Source: Patescibacteria group bacterium (GTDB lineage Bacteria; Patescibacteriota; Minisyncoccia; Phycocordibacterales; JACOZG01). Taken from it: a stretch of 54,688 bases of DNA. Both the position numbers and the translations under genes were made by a program. Positions 1 to 9,117 of the stretch are shown here, in pieces. The notes below the pieces were generated by a model. The model searched no databases. It saw only the letters and a program-made list of their open reading frames with translations, and was not told where the DNA came from. Each line of letters begins with the position of its first letter. Positions within the stretch are counted from its first letter, which is position 1. The stretch spans positions 110,137-164,824 of the forward strand of contig JBBTQW010000001.1 in NCBI GenBank assembly GCA_038065495.1, given 5' to 3'.

Positions 1-13
1 CAAGCTCTTCTTA

Positions 14-568
14 TCAATTAAACAGCGTCATTGCTTTTGCTAAGCTTTCCCCCACTATCGTCTCCACCGCTTCGCTCGCTTTTTTACCCAGATTTTTGAT
101 AATTTTGAGTTCTAGTGGTTTGAACTCGCCCAAAATGTGCTTCAGCACTTTTTCTTCGCCACTCGGCTTTTTGGTTTTCCCGCTTGGTGTCACCGGCGCA
201 ATGCCCAGTCTAAACCTGATAAATTCTGTGGTTTTGATTTGCCGAAGAATAGATTCTAAACCTCTGTGCCCGCCCGTGCCGCGATTCCAGCTGATTTTAA
301 ATTTGCCAATTGGTAAATCCAGATCATCGTGGATCACGATTAGTTTAGCCGCGTCTTTTTTGGTCTTAATCAAGCCAACTAAACTCTTGCCAGACTGATT
401 CATCATCACTTTCTCGCCTGGCACAATAAATTTTATTTTTTTTCCGTCAGCTGACGGACTAGCTAATCTTTTTTCTATCTCACTCGCCACAATCCGCCCG
501 GCATTGTGGCGCGTTTCGCGATACTCTTCTCCCGGATTTCCCAAACCTAAAATAAAATAGTTACTCAT
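14..568 (-). CDS. pth: Peptidyl-tRNA hydrolase
   Basis: 184-aa ORF. The N-terminal LGLGNPGEEYRETRHNAGR and the HDDLDLPIGK segment are typical of Pth. Confidence 0.9.
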   Translation of the reverse strand: MSNYFILGLGNPGEEYRETRHNAGRIVASEIEKRLASPSADGKKIKFIVPGEKVMMNQSGKSLVGLIKTKKDAAKLIVIHDDLDLPIGKFKISWNRGTGGHRGLESILRQIKTTEFIRFRLGIAPVTPSGKTKKPSGEEKVLKHILGEFKPLELKIIKNLGKKASEAVETIVGESLAKAMTLFN

Positions 569-570
569 GT

Positions 571-951
571 TTATTTATCCAACAACTTTAGCACCACGGC
601 GCCCACTTCGTCCTTATCTTCGCAAACTTCGTCGCAACCGGCACTTTTTAAGTCGCGATTGATACTAGAAGAAACGGCCAAGATTACGCCAGCAAAACTT
701 TTTCGCAATTCTCGCACCAATTCTAGAGTGGTGGCCTCGCCGGGTTTATCGGTGAGAGTTTTGGCGCTCGAATTTGGCACATAACCGTCCATCACGATCA
801 TTTTGACATCCGGATGCTCGGCAAACATTTTTCGGCCTTCTTCTTGATCAAAAGCGCGGACAATATTGGCCCGGCCGGCCAGGTCACGCAGCCATTTATT
901 CTGGTAGAAGTGATCATCTTCGATAATTAACACTTTCGGCAAGTCGGTCAT
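571..951 (-). CDS. Stand-alone response-regulator receiver (CheY-like) domain protein
   Basis: Track ORF 571-1185 trimmed to the ATG at 951 (MTDLPKVLIIEDD...). It has an acidic pocket (EDD) and a VMDGYVP phospho-acceptor-like segment, with no output domain. The upstream extension overlaps the lepB start and looks non-coding. Confidence 0.7.
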   Translation of the reverse strand: MTDLPKVLIIEDDHFYQNKWLRDLAGRANIVRAFDQEEGRKMFAEHPDVKMIVMDGYVPNSSAKTLTDKPGEATTLELVRELRKSFAGVILAVSSSINRDLKSAGCDEVCEDKDEVGAVVLKLLDK

Positions 952-1042
952 GTTGCTGTTTAGCTTAATTTTGCACCCTAGATTATAGCAAATCAGGCCA
1001 AATCTTGCTTGTGTCGCCAAACTGTAATAAACTAACCTCACG

Positions 1043-1603
1043 ATGTGGACCAAAATCCGCTCAACTATCTGGGAAATCGTCAAATTTGTGGCGATTACGC
1101 TAGTAATTGTGCTGCCAATCCGGACTTTTGTCGCGCAACCGTTCATTGTCAGCGGCAGTTCCATGCATCCGACCTTTGAGAGCAATCAGTACTTAGTCAT
1201 AGACGAGTTGTCTTACTACTTTCGTGAGCCAATCCGCGGCGAAGTGATCGTGTTTAAATATCCCAAAGATCCAGCCAAGCACTTCATCAAGAGAATAATC
1301 GGCCTGCCTGGCGAAACCGTAAAAATAACTAATGGCGAAGTCTTGATCACGACAGTTGGCAATAAACCAGAGCAAATTAAGCTAGCCGAGCCGTATGTGC
1401 AAGAAAATCTGGCTGTCGCAAATCTGGAAGTAAAATTGCTAAATAACGAATATTTCGTTCTGGGCGACAATCGGCCGGTGAGCTTAGATTCCCGCATTTG
1501 GGGGCCATTGCCGCGGAACTTGATCACTGGGCGAGTATTTCTCCGGCTCTTGCCACCCAGCACGCTAGCTTATCTACCCGGTCAGCCAGCGCAAGCAAAA
1601 TAA
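1043..1603 (+). CDS. lepB: Signal peptidase I
   Basis: N-terminal TM segment, SGSSMHPTF catalytic Ser box and GDNRPVSLDSR box. Confidence 0.9.
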   Translation: MWTKIRSTIWEIVKFVAITLVIVLPIRTFVAQPFIVSGSSMHPTFESNQYLVIDELSYYFREPIRGEVIVFKYPKDPAKHFIKRIIGLPGETVKITNGEVLITTVGNKPEQIKLAEPYVQENLAVANLEVKLLNNEYFVLGDNRPVSLDSRIWGPLPRNLITGRVFLRLLPPSTLAYLPGQPAQAK

Positions 1604-1621
1604 TTTTTTAAAATAAAAACT

Positions 1622-2992
1622 GTGAAAAAGAATCTAAAAAATAGCAAAGAGAAAAGCGAGAAAGAAAAAGAGCGCGACCTGGCGCGAGAACATTCCGCTC
1701 TGCCTCAAGCGCCCAAAGGCATGCGCGACCTGATCGACATGGCTTATTATCACCAGCAAGGCTTCTGCGAGAAGGCTTCCGAAATTGCGAGCTATTACGG
1801 CTTCCGGCCCATCAGCACGCCGGTGCTGGAGCACGCTAATTTGTTCATCAGATCCGTCGGCGAAAATACGGATATTGTGGAAAAAGAAATGTACACCCTG
1901 CGGACGAAAGGCGGCGATCACCTGGCCATGCGGCCAGAATTTACGGCTGGCGTGATGCGCGCCTACTTTGAGAACGGTTTGCAGAGCGAATCGCAACCAG
2001 TTTTACTCTACACTTACGGATCACTTTTCCGTCATGAGAAACCGCAACGCGGGCGCTTGCGCGAGTTGCACCAGTTTGATGTGGAAGTGATCGGCACGGC
2101 CAAGCCAGTGGCTGATGCGATGATTATCAAACTAATGCTCCTGATGCTGGAAGAAGTTGGTTTGAAAAACTTAAGACTAGAAATCAACAGTCTGGGCGAC
2201 AAAGAATGCCGGCACATCTACCGCCGCGAACTGGTGAATTATTATCGCAAACACCTCAAAGATGTGTGTAGTGATTGCCGTGAGCGCTTCAAGAATAATC
2301 CACTTAGACTGCTAGATTGTAAAAATCCCGTTTGCCAGCCAATCAAGCTCAGCGCGCCCTCACCCATCTCATCGCTCTGCCACGACTGCCAGAAACACTT
2401 CCAAGAAGTTCTAGAATATCTGGAAATGATGGGTATTAGCTATGAAATTAATAATACGCTAGTGCGCGGTTTGGATTATTACTCAAGAACCGTGTTTGAG
2501 ATTATCGAACCAGCCACGGCCATGGCTCCCGCCAGCGCCGATGGCGCTCCGGCGGCGGCACCACTCACCATCGCCGCCGGTGGCCGTTACGATTATCTCG
2601 CTCGCGCGATTGGGAATAAGAAAGATATACCCGCCGTGGGTGCGGCGATCGGTATTGAGCGCCTCGCGCTATCGCCAAATTATGTGCCACTAAATCCCAG
2701 ACTGATTAAAAAGCCGAAAATTTTCTTTATTCAACTTTCTTTCGACGCTAAACTCAAAAGCTTTGGTGTTATAGAAATATTACGAAAAGCAAAAATCCCG
2801 ATTGCGCAATCGCTCTCGAAAGATTCACTCGCCACGCAACTGGGTTTAGCCGAAAAGTTGCAAGTGCCTTATACAATAATTCTGGGCCAGAAAGAAGCGG
2901 TGGAAAATACCGTGATAGTGCGGAATATGGAAACGCGCTCGCAAGAGACCGTAAAGATGAGCGAACTTGCGGAGTATCTTAAATCGTGCTAG
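1622..2992 (+). CDS. hisS: Histidine--tRNA ligase
   Basis: GTG start. Class II aaRS layout with APKGMRD, a FRHEKPQRGR motif-2-like segment and the GGRYDYL HisRS signature, plus a C-terminal anticodon-binding domain. Confidence 0.9.
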   Translation: MKKNLKNSKEKSEKEKERDLAREHSALPQAPKGMRDLIDMAYYHQQGFCEKASEIASYYGFRPISTPVLEHANLFIRSVGENTDIVEKEMYTLRTKGGDHLAMRPEFTAGVMRAYFENGLQSESQPVLLYTYGSLFRHEKPQRGRLRELHQFDVEVIGTAKPVADAMIIKLMLLMLEEVGLKNLRLEINSLGDKECRHIYRRELVNYYRKHLKDVCSDCRERFKNNPLRLLDCKNPVCQPIKLSAPSPISSLCHDCQKHFQEVLEYLEMMGISYEINNTLVRGLDYYSRTVFEIIEPATAMAPASADGAPAAAPLTIAAGGRYDYLARAIGNKKDIPAVGAAIGIERLALSPNYVPLNPRLIKKPKIFFIQLSFDAKLKSFGVIEILRKAKIPIAQSLSKDSLATQLGLAEKLQVPYTIILGQKEAVENTVIVRNMETRSQETVKMSELAEYLKSC

Positions 2993-3014
2993 TGTAGACT
3001 ATTCTTAATTTATT

Positions 3015-3236
3015 ATGATTACCACTGTAGAAGTCCAACGAGAGGGCAACGAGTCCAATTCCAGCGTCTTGCGACGCTTTACCAAGCGCGTGCAGTCGTC
3101 TGGCGTGGTTAAGCGAGCAAAAAGTCTCCGCTACAATGCCCGGCCACAGTCGCACTTTAAGAAGAAGAAGTCCGCGCTCACTCGCCTCACCCGCAAGATT
3201 TCTTACGACAGATTAAAAAAGCTGGGCAAAATTTAA
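3015..3236 (+). CDS. rpsU: 30S ribosomal protein S21
   Basis: 73-aa highly basic ORF with an S21-like LRRFTKRVQSSGV...KKKSAL pattern. Confidence 0.8.
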   Translation: MITTVEVQREGNESNSSVLRRFTKRVQSSGVVKRAKSLRYNARPQSHFKKKKSALTRLTRKISYDRLKKLGKI

Positions 3237-3251
3237 GCTAGAAAAATTTAG

Positions 3252-3617
3252 TTGCAGAAAAACTGGGAAAAAATTAAAGAAACAGTGCTCGGCGAGGCTT
3301 ATGATTTGAGTCTCGCCTTTATTGGCGACAAAAAAGCGCTGACGTTGAATCAAACATTGCGAAGCAAAAATAAAATTGCTAACGTACTAAGTTTCCCACT
3401 GTCTAAAACCTCCGGCGAAATTCTAATTAACAAAAAACAGGCGATTCGCGACAACTTCTCGCTCGATTATCTCTTTATCCACGGATTGTTACATTTGAAA
3501 GGTCTTGACCATGGTAGTAGAATGGAGCGTGAAGAAGAAAAATTAATTAAGCTGTTTAAATTAAGCAAGAATTTAAAAAATAAAAAGAATGGCACGTCAC
3601 ATCGTCGCAGGACTTGA
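3252..3617 (+). CDS. ybeY: rRNA maturation endoribonuclease YbeY
   Basis: HGLLHLKGLDH matches the HxxxHxxGxxH zinc motif. TTG start. The 3' end overlaps ftsA by 29 nt. Confidence 0.8.
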   Translation: MQKNWEKIKETVLGEAYDLSLAFIGDKKALTLNQTLRSKNKIANVLSFPLSKTSGEILINKKQAIRDNFSLDYLFIHGLLHLKGLDHGSRMEREEEKLIKLFKLSKNLKNKKNGTSHRRRT

Positions 3618-4755
3618 TATTGGCACCGCCGCCATCCGGCTGGTGGTGAGCGAAGTGGTGCCAGAGTCGAGCGTGCCGCGCGTGCTCTGCCAGATCAAGC
3701 GCGAATCCCGCGGACTAAAACGGGGTTATATAATTAATTTTGATGAAACGTTAGAAAATCTCCGGGAGGCGATTAAAGAAGCAGAGAGACAGGCGAAAGT
3801 TAAATTAAAAGATGTTTACCTCGCCATTGGCGGCATTACGCTGGATGCCAAAGTGGCCAGCGGCCAGATTGCGGTCTCGAAGGCTGATCTGGAAATCAGC
3901 GAGAGCGATGTGAACAGAGTAATAGAAGCCAGCCGCGCTAGTCTCGGCGACTTCCAGAATCGGCAGATTATCCACACCATTCCTTTTGCGTTCAAACTCG
4001 ACGGCGAGCGCGTTCTGGGCCGGCCGGAAGGCTTGCGCGGGAGCAAGCTGGAAGTCAAAACTTTGTTCATCCACTGCTTGGGTCAACATTTGCAAGACTT
4101 AGCGCGAGTCGTTAGCATGGCTGGCTTGAATGTGGAAGATGTGGTGGCCGCGCCACTGGCCGCGAGCTTTGCCACACTCTCAACCGCACAAAAAATGGCC
4201 GGTTGTGCGCTGGTCAACATTGGCTCGCAAACCACGTCTGTCATCACCTTTGAAGAAAGTACGCCGATGTCGCTCCAAGTTTTCCCATTTGGCTCTAATG
4301 ATGTGACTAACGACATTGCGCTGGGTTTGAAGGTCTCGCTAGAAGAAGCGGAGCAGTTGAAATTGGGCGGTCGCGATCAAGCCACAAGTTTAAAGAAAAA
4401 ATTAGACGAAATTATCGAAGCCAGATTAAGTGACATTTTCGAATCAGTTGACGCACATCTCAAGAAAATTGGCCGAAATGGTTTGCTGCCCGCCGGCGCA
4501 ATTATTGTGGGCGCGGGTGGTAATCTAGAAAATATCGAACGCGTGGCTAAATCTCTACTCAAATTACCGGCACGACTTTTCGACGTCTCCCAAGCCACGC
4601 ACTTAAAAAATCAAATTCGCGATGCCTCGTGGGTGGTCGCTTACGGCTTGTGCTTATTTGGTTTTGGCTTAGTTTCCGAAGAATCGCTGGGCGAAAAAAT
4701 CGCTCACTCCACCAAATCCAGCTTTGTGAAGTGGCTCAAAGAATTCTGGCCTTAA
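3589..4755 (+). CDS. ftsA: Cell division protein FtsA
   Basis: Actin-like ATPase N-terminus GLDIGTAAIRLVV, later GSQTTSV and GAGGNLENI segments, and a C-terminal amphipathic tail. Located upstream of ftsZ. Confidence 0.85.
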   Translation: MARHIVAGLDIGTAAIRLVVSEVVPESSVPRVLCQIKRESRGLKRGYIINFDETLENLREAIKEAERQAKVKLKDVYLAIGGITLDAKVASGQIAVSKADLEISESDVNRVIEASRASLGDFQNRQIIHTIPFAFKLDGERVLGRPEGLRGSKLEVKTLFIHCLGQHLQDLARVVSMAGLNVEDVVAAPLAASFATLSTAQKMAGCALVNIGSQTTSVITFEESTPMSLQVFPFGSNDVTNDIALGLKVSLEEAEQLKLGGRDQATSLKKKLDEIIEARLSDIFESVDAHLKKIGRNGLLPAGAIIVGAGGNLENIERVAKSLLKLPARLFDVSQATHLKNQIRDASWVVAYGLCLFGFGLVSEESLGEKIAHSTKSSFVKWLKEFWP

Positions 4756-4775
4756 TTTTAGGGCTTTTTTAGTGC

Positions 4776-4804
4776 TTGACAGATTAACTTTAATCTGCTA
4801 GGCT
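4776..4804 (+). promoter_or_regulatory. Putative sigma70-type promoter (TTGACA-N17-TAGGCT)
   Basis: ttgaca at 4776-4781, a 17-nt spacer, then taggct at 4799-4804. It lies 65 nt upstream of the ATG at 4869. Confidence 0.4.
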
Positions 4805-4868
4805 AAGAATTGCGTTCGTGTTTCTGAATTTAACTTGGTCTTCGAAATAAACGTGAAAGGAGGCTGCG

Positions 4869-5486
4869 ATGTCAGCCAAAGATACTCTATCGAATCTGGC
4901 CGGTGTTATGATTATTGTCGCCTTTATCCCCTACATTTGGGCGATCTGTCGCGATCGAAATCTTCCACCAGGTACACCAGGAAAAACCGAACCCTGCAAG
5001 GCATCTTGGCTTATCTGGGGCATTCTTGACACGATCACGCTGTGCGGAATGCTGGTCAAACACACCGCTGGAGGACTGATCATTGGAGCGGTTACTGGAG
5101 TGTGGATCGTTTTCTTAGTCACACTCAAGTATGGAAAGCCGGGCTGGAGTTTCCTAGACAAACTCTGTCTCGGAATTGTCGTGATGGCTATTTCACTTTG
5201 GCTCATCCGAGGTGATCCAAATTGGGGTATCGTCATAAGTTGTGGCGGACTAATAGTGGGCGCATTCCCGACATTTAAGTCGGTTTGGGAAGATCCGAGT
5301 CGAGAAAATTTTCTTGCTTGGATGCTTTTCTGGATTGCCGCAGCTCTGGGAAGCGCAGCGATTAAAAAGTGGACGCTAGAAGACGCCACCCAGCCTCTCA
5401 CCTTTCTGCTGATTGAAAGCATTACGATATTGATTTTGCTCTTCGGTCCCAATGCTCGGATACTTAGAAAACTGACAGCCGCATAG
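4869..5486 (+). CDS. Polytopic membrane protein of unknown function
   Basis: 205-aa ORF with about 6-7 hydrophobic segments. A strong SD (aaggagg) sits 6 nt upstream of the ATG. It has its own promoter and terminator. Confidence 0.6.
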   Translation: MSAKDTLSNLAGVMIIVAFIPYIWAICRDRNLPPGTPGKTEPCKASWLIWGILDTITLCGMLVKHTAGGLIIGAVTGVWIVFLVTLKYGKPGWSFLDKLCLGIVVMAISLWLIRGDPNWGIVISCGGLIVGAFPTFKSVWEDPSRENFLAWMLFWIAAALGSAAIKKWTLEDATQPLTFLLIESITILILLFGPNARILRKLTAA

Positions 5487-5510
5487 GACACAGACAACAT
5501 CAAGACTCAC

Positions 5511-5548
5511 GCGCCACTCACCGATTCGTTCGGAGGTGGCGCTTTTTC
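5511..5548 (+). terminator. Rho-independent terminator
   Basis: gcgccac ... gtggcgc stem followed by ttttt, 25 nt after the stop of the 4869-5486 ORF. Confidence 0.5.
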
Positions 5549-5585
5549 TTGTCTGAAACCGCCCACCCGCCAGCCGGCGGGCAAG

Positions 5586-5614
5586 TTTGCATTTATTTTG
5601 CACCCTGCTAGACT
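5586..5614 (+). promoter_or_regulatory. Putative promoter for ftsZ (TTTGCA-N17-TAGACT)
   Basis: tttgca at 5586-5591 and tagact at 5609-5614. The ATG at 5625 is only 10 nt past the -10, which implies a very short leader. Confidence 0.35.
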
Positions 5615-5624
5615 AGGGTCACTT

Positions 5625-6800
5625 ATGCCCAAGATTGAGCCAGAAATCGAAGCTTTTGCCCGGATTAAAGTAATCGGCGTGGGTGGCTCGGGCACCAATG
5701 CGGTGAGCCACATGGTCCGCTCGGGGGTCAAAGGCGTGGACTTTATTGCCATCAATACTGATGCACAACACTTGCATCACTCGGTAGCTAAGAAAAAAGT
5801 GCATATTGGTAAAAATCTAACTAGAGGTTTGGGAGCAGGGATGAATCCAGAAATCGGCCGCAAAGCGGCGGAAGAGAGTATGGAAGAAGTCCAGAACGCC
5901 ATCAAGGGCGCGGACATGGTCTTCATCGCTTGTGGCGTGGGTGGCGGCACCGCTAGTGGCGCTAGTGCCTTGATCGCCAAATCAGCCAAGGATCAAGGTA
6001 TTCTCACCATTGGCGTGGTGACCAAGCCATTCTTCTTTGAGGGCAATCAGCGCATGCAGATTGCGGATAAGGCGATTGACGAGATCCGCAAAGAAGTGGA
6101 CGCGATTATTGTGATCCCCAACGACAGACTGCTTGGCATTATTGATAAAAACACCACGGCCACTAACGCCTTTGCGATGTGTGACGAAATTCTGCGCCAG
6201 GCGGTGGAAGGGATCTCTGATCTCATCACCACGCCCGGTATCATCAACGTGGACTTTGCCGACATCCGAGCGATTATGGCCAACACTGGTTCGGCGCTGA
6301 TGGGTATTGGCCGTAGCGCTGGTGAGAATCGCGCCGTGGAAGCGGCCAAAGCGGCGATTAATTCTCCCCTCCTCGATGTGGCGATTGATGGCGCCAAGGG
6401 CGTACTCTTTGCCATTGCCGGCGACGACAAGATGACCATGTTTGAGATCCAAGAAGCCGCGAAGGTGATTATTTCCTCGATTGATCCAAATGCCAAAGTA
6501 ATCTTTGGCGCTATTCATGATGAAAAGCTCGGCAAAAATGAGATCAAAGTGACAGTCATTGCCTCCGGCTTCCCTGAGAATGTGCGGAAGAAGAACTTGC
6601 TTGCCGGCAACGAAGCGCGCGTGATTGATGAGAAAAAAGAAAAGCCCGAAAGTCCAGCTGAGACACGCGAGAGAGAATTGAAAGAGTTGAAAGACAAGAA
6701 GAGCCAGAATCAAGCTAATAGTTTAAATAATAATCTCGAGAATACCGAAGATGACGACTGGTCGTCTATCCCCGCTTTTCTCCGACGGCCGAAAAAGTAG
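5625..6800 (+). CDS. ftsZ: Cell division GTPase FtsZ
   Basis: GVGGSGTNAV and the tubulin signature GGGTASGAS. The acidic/basic C-terminal tail ends DDWSSIPAFLRRPKK. Start set at the ATG at 5625 rather than the TTG at 5598. Confidence 0.95.
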   Translation: MPKIEPEIEAFARIKVIGVGGSGTNAVSHMVRSGVKGVDFIAINTDAQHLHHSVAKKKVHIGKNLTRGLGAGMNPEIGRKAAEESMEEVQNAIKGADMVFIACGVGGGTASGASALIAKSAKDQGILTIGVVTKPFFFEGNQRMQIADKAIDEIRKEVDAIIVIPNDRLLGIIDKNTTATNAFAMCDEILRQAVEGISDLITTPGIINVDFADIRAIMANTGSALMGIGRSAGENRAVEAAKAAINSPLLDVAIDGAKGVLFAIAGDDKMTMFEIQEAAKVIISSIDPNAKVIFGAIHDEKLGKNEIKVTVIASGFPENVRKKNLLAGNEARVIDEKKEKPESPAETRERELKELKDKKSQNQANSLNNNLENTEDDDWSSIPAFLRRPKK

Positions 6801-6818
6801 TACAATCTAGAGACGCAC

Positions 6819-7757
6819 ATGACTCACGACTTACTTATCGTTGGCGGTGGCCCAGCGGCGGTGGCAGCTGGTGTGTATGCCGCGCGGAAAAGGTTAAAAA
6901 CTCTAGTGGTCGCTGGTGAATTTGGCGGGCAATCCAGTGTCTCGGCAGAAATTTATAATTGGATCGGCACAACAAATATCTCCGGCGAAGAACTAGCAAA
7001 AAATTTAAAACAGCATTTGTTTAGTTACCAGAACGAAACGGATTTTGTGATTAAAGAAGGCGTGAGAGTGGAGCAGATTAGTAAAAAAGAAACTGAAAAA
7101 ACTTTTACAGCAAAGTTGGATAACAGTGAGAACGTGCAAGCGCGAGCAGTTTTGATGACGACTGGCGCTGAGCGGCGGAAACTGACTGTGCCGGGCGCCA
7201 AAGAGTTTGAGCAAAAAGGGATCACTTATTGTGCGACTTGTGACGGGCCACTCTTTGCGGATAAAGATGTGGTGGTGATTGGTGGTGGTAATGCGGCTTT
7301 CGAGACTGTTTCTCAACTCTTGGCTTATTGTAAAAGTGTAACGCTCATCCACCGTGGTGAAAGTTTTAGAGCTGACGAAATTACAGTGGAAAAAGTGAAG
7401 CAAAATAGCAAAGTAAAATTAATCACTAATGCTGAGCTAATAGAATTTAAAGGTGGAAAATTTGTGTCTAGTTTGGTTTATAAAGATAGTAAAACTGGCG
7501 AGCAAAAAGAGCTAAAAACTGACGGCGTCTTTGTGGAAATTGGCCTGGTCCCGAGCACTTGGCCCGTGCAAGATGTAGTGAAATTAAACACGAACGGCTC
7601 GATTCCGGTTGATCCACGAACCCAAGCTACCAGCACGCCCGGCATCTGGGCGGCTGGCGATTGCACCGACGCGCTGTATCATCAGAATAATATCGCCGCC
7701 GGTGACGCGATCAAAGCGCTGGAAAATATTTACCAATATTTGCATCTCAATAGTTGA
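6819..7757 (+). CDS. trxB: Thioredoxin-disulfide reductase
   Basis: FAD motif IVGGGPAAVAAG, redox-active CATCDG and NAD(P)H motif VIGGGNAA. Confidence 0.9.
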   Translation: MTHDLLIVGGGPAAVAAGVYAARKRLKTLVVAGEFGGQSSVSAEIYNWIGTTNISGEELAKNLKQHLFSYQNETDFVIKEGVRVEQISKKETEKTFTAKLDNSENVQARAVLMTTGAERRKLTVPGAKEFEQKGITYCATCDGPLFADKDVVVIGGGNAAFETVSQLLAYCKSVTLIHRGESFRADEITVEKVKQNSKVKLITNAELIEFKGGKFVSSLVYKDSKTGEQKELKTDGVFVEIGLVPSTWPVQDVVKLNTNGSIPVDPRTQATSTPGIWAAGDCTDALYHQNNIAAGDAIKALENIYQYLHLNS

Positions 7758-7770
7758 TAGTCAAAAAATA

Positions 7771-9078
7771 ATGTCAGAAACGGTAAATTTGAAGATAGAA
7801 GGCGGGAAAAAATTGTCTGGCGAGATTACCACTAATCGGTCTAAAAATGCGGCGGTCGCGCTACTCTGCGCCTCGCTGATTAATCGCGGCAAAACCACGC
7901 TCAAGAACGTGCCAAAAATCGAAGAAGTGGCGCGGATTCTGGAAGTACTGGAGAGTCTTGGTGTAAAAATTACCAAATCAGGCAACGATCTAATCATCCA
8001 ACCGCCAACTAAGTTTAAACTGGCAGAAATCAACACCGAATCGGCCAGCAAGACCAGAAATGTGCTCTTGATGATTGGCGCGCTGGTCCACCACGAATCG
8101 CGCTTCAAATTTCCGCATCCGGGCGGTTGCAAACTGGGCGAGAGGACAGTCCGACCACATTTATTTGCACTAGAAAAACTAGGCGTGAAAATCAAATCCC
8201 ACGAAACTGATTACGAAGTGAGCGCGACAAAATTACGCCCGGCCGAGATTGTGCTGTATGAAACTGGCGACACAGTGACGGAAAATGCCTTGATTGCCGC
8301 CAGCCTGATCCCCGGCCAAACAACGATCAAGCTTGCCTCAAGCAATTACATGGTGCGCGATTTGTGCTATTTTCTCGAGCTCTTGGGGGTAAAAATTGAA
8401 GGCATTGGTTCGAGTACGCTTAAAATTACTGGTTTAGCTAAAATCGAGCGCGACGTGGAATTTGAATTGAGCGAAGATCCGATTGAGTCCATGCTCTTCC
8501 TAGCCATCGCGGCCACAACTAACTCAGCATTAACGATCAAACGCTGTCCAATCGACTTTTTAGAGCTAGAATTGTTGAAACTAGAAAAAATGGGTCTAAA
8601 GTTTAAGCTAAGCCGGCGCTACAAAAGCGCGAATGGCCAGACAGACCTAGTAGACATCACGACCAAAAGCTCTAAACTCAAAGCGTTGGAAGATAAAATT
8701 CATCCACTACCCTTCCCTGGTTTAAACATTGATAATTTACCGTTCTTTGTGCCAATTGCCACACAAGCCCGCGGCACCACACTGATCCATGACTGGATTT
8801 ACGAAAATCGCGCTATTTATTATATGGAGTTGAACAAGCTAGGCGCGAAAATTATGCTCGCCGACCCGCATCGCGTCTATATCGAAGGCCCGAGCGAACT
8901 GCGCGCCACGGAAGTAGTTTGCCCGCCAGCACTCCGGCCCGCGGCGATTATCTTAATCGCCATGCTGGCGGCCAGAGGCACTTCCATCCTGCGCAATATC
9001 TATTCGATTAACCGCGGCTATGAGGATCTAGTGACTAGACTGCAGAAGCTAGGCGCCAAAATTGAGATTATGGTATAA
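7771..9078 (+). CDS. murA: UDP-N-acetylglucosamine 1-carboxyvinyltransferase
   Basis: Start trimmed to the ATG at 7771 (MSETVNLKIEGGKKLSGEI). EPSP/MurA-fold repeats and an NRGYEDL segment near the C-terminus. Confidence 0.9.
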   Translation: MSETVNLKIEGGKKLSGEITTNRSKNAAVALLCASLINRGKTTLKNVPKIEEVARILEVLESLGVKITKSGNDLIIQPPTKFKLAEINTESASKTRNVLLMIGALVHHESRFKFPHPGGCKLGERTVRPHLFALEKLGVKIKSHETDYEVSATKLRPAEIVLYETGDTVTENALIAASLIPGQTTIKLASSNYMVRDLCYFLELLGVKIEGIGSSTLKITGLAKIERDVEFELSEDPIESMLFLAIAATTNSALTIKRCPIDFLELELLKLEKMGLKFKLSRRYKSANGQTDLVDITTKSSKLKALEDKIHPLPFPGLNIDNLPFFVPIATQARGTTLIHDWIYENRAIYYMELNKLGAKIMLADPHRVYIEGPSELRATEVVCPPALRPAAIILIAMLAARGTSILRNIYSINRGYEDLVTRLQKLGAKIEIMV

Positions 9079-9117
9079 TCTTAGCTAATTAGAAGCTAAT
9101 TTTATTTAAATAAAATC

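Noticed and set aside
2270-2400. Cys cluster in HisRS (CSDC...CKNPVC...CHDC) as a novel zinc module.
   Set aside because: Comparable CxxC pairs in the HisRS insertion domain are common in bacterial HisRS, so this is not unusual.
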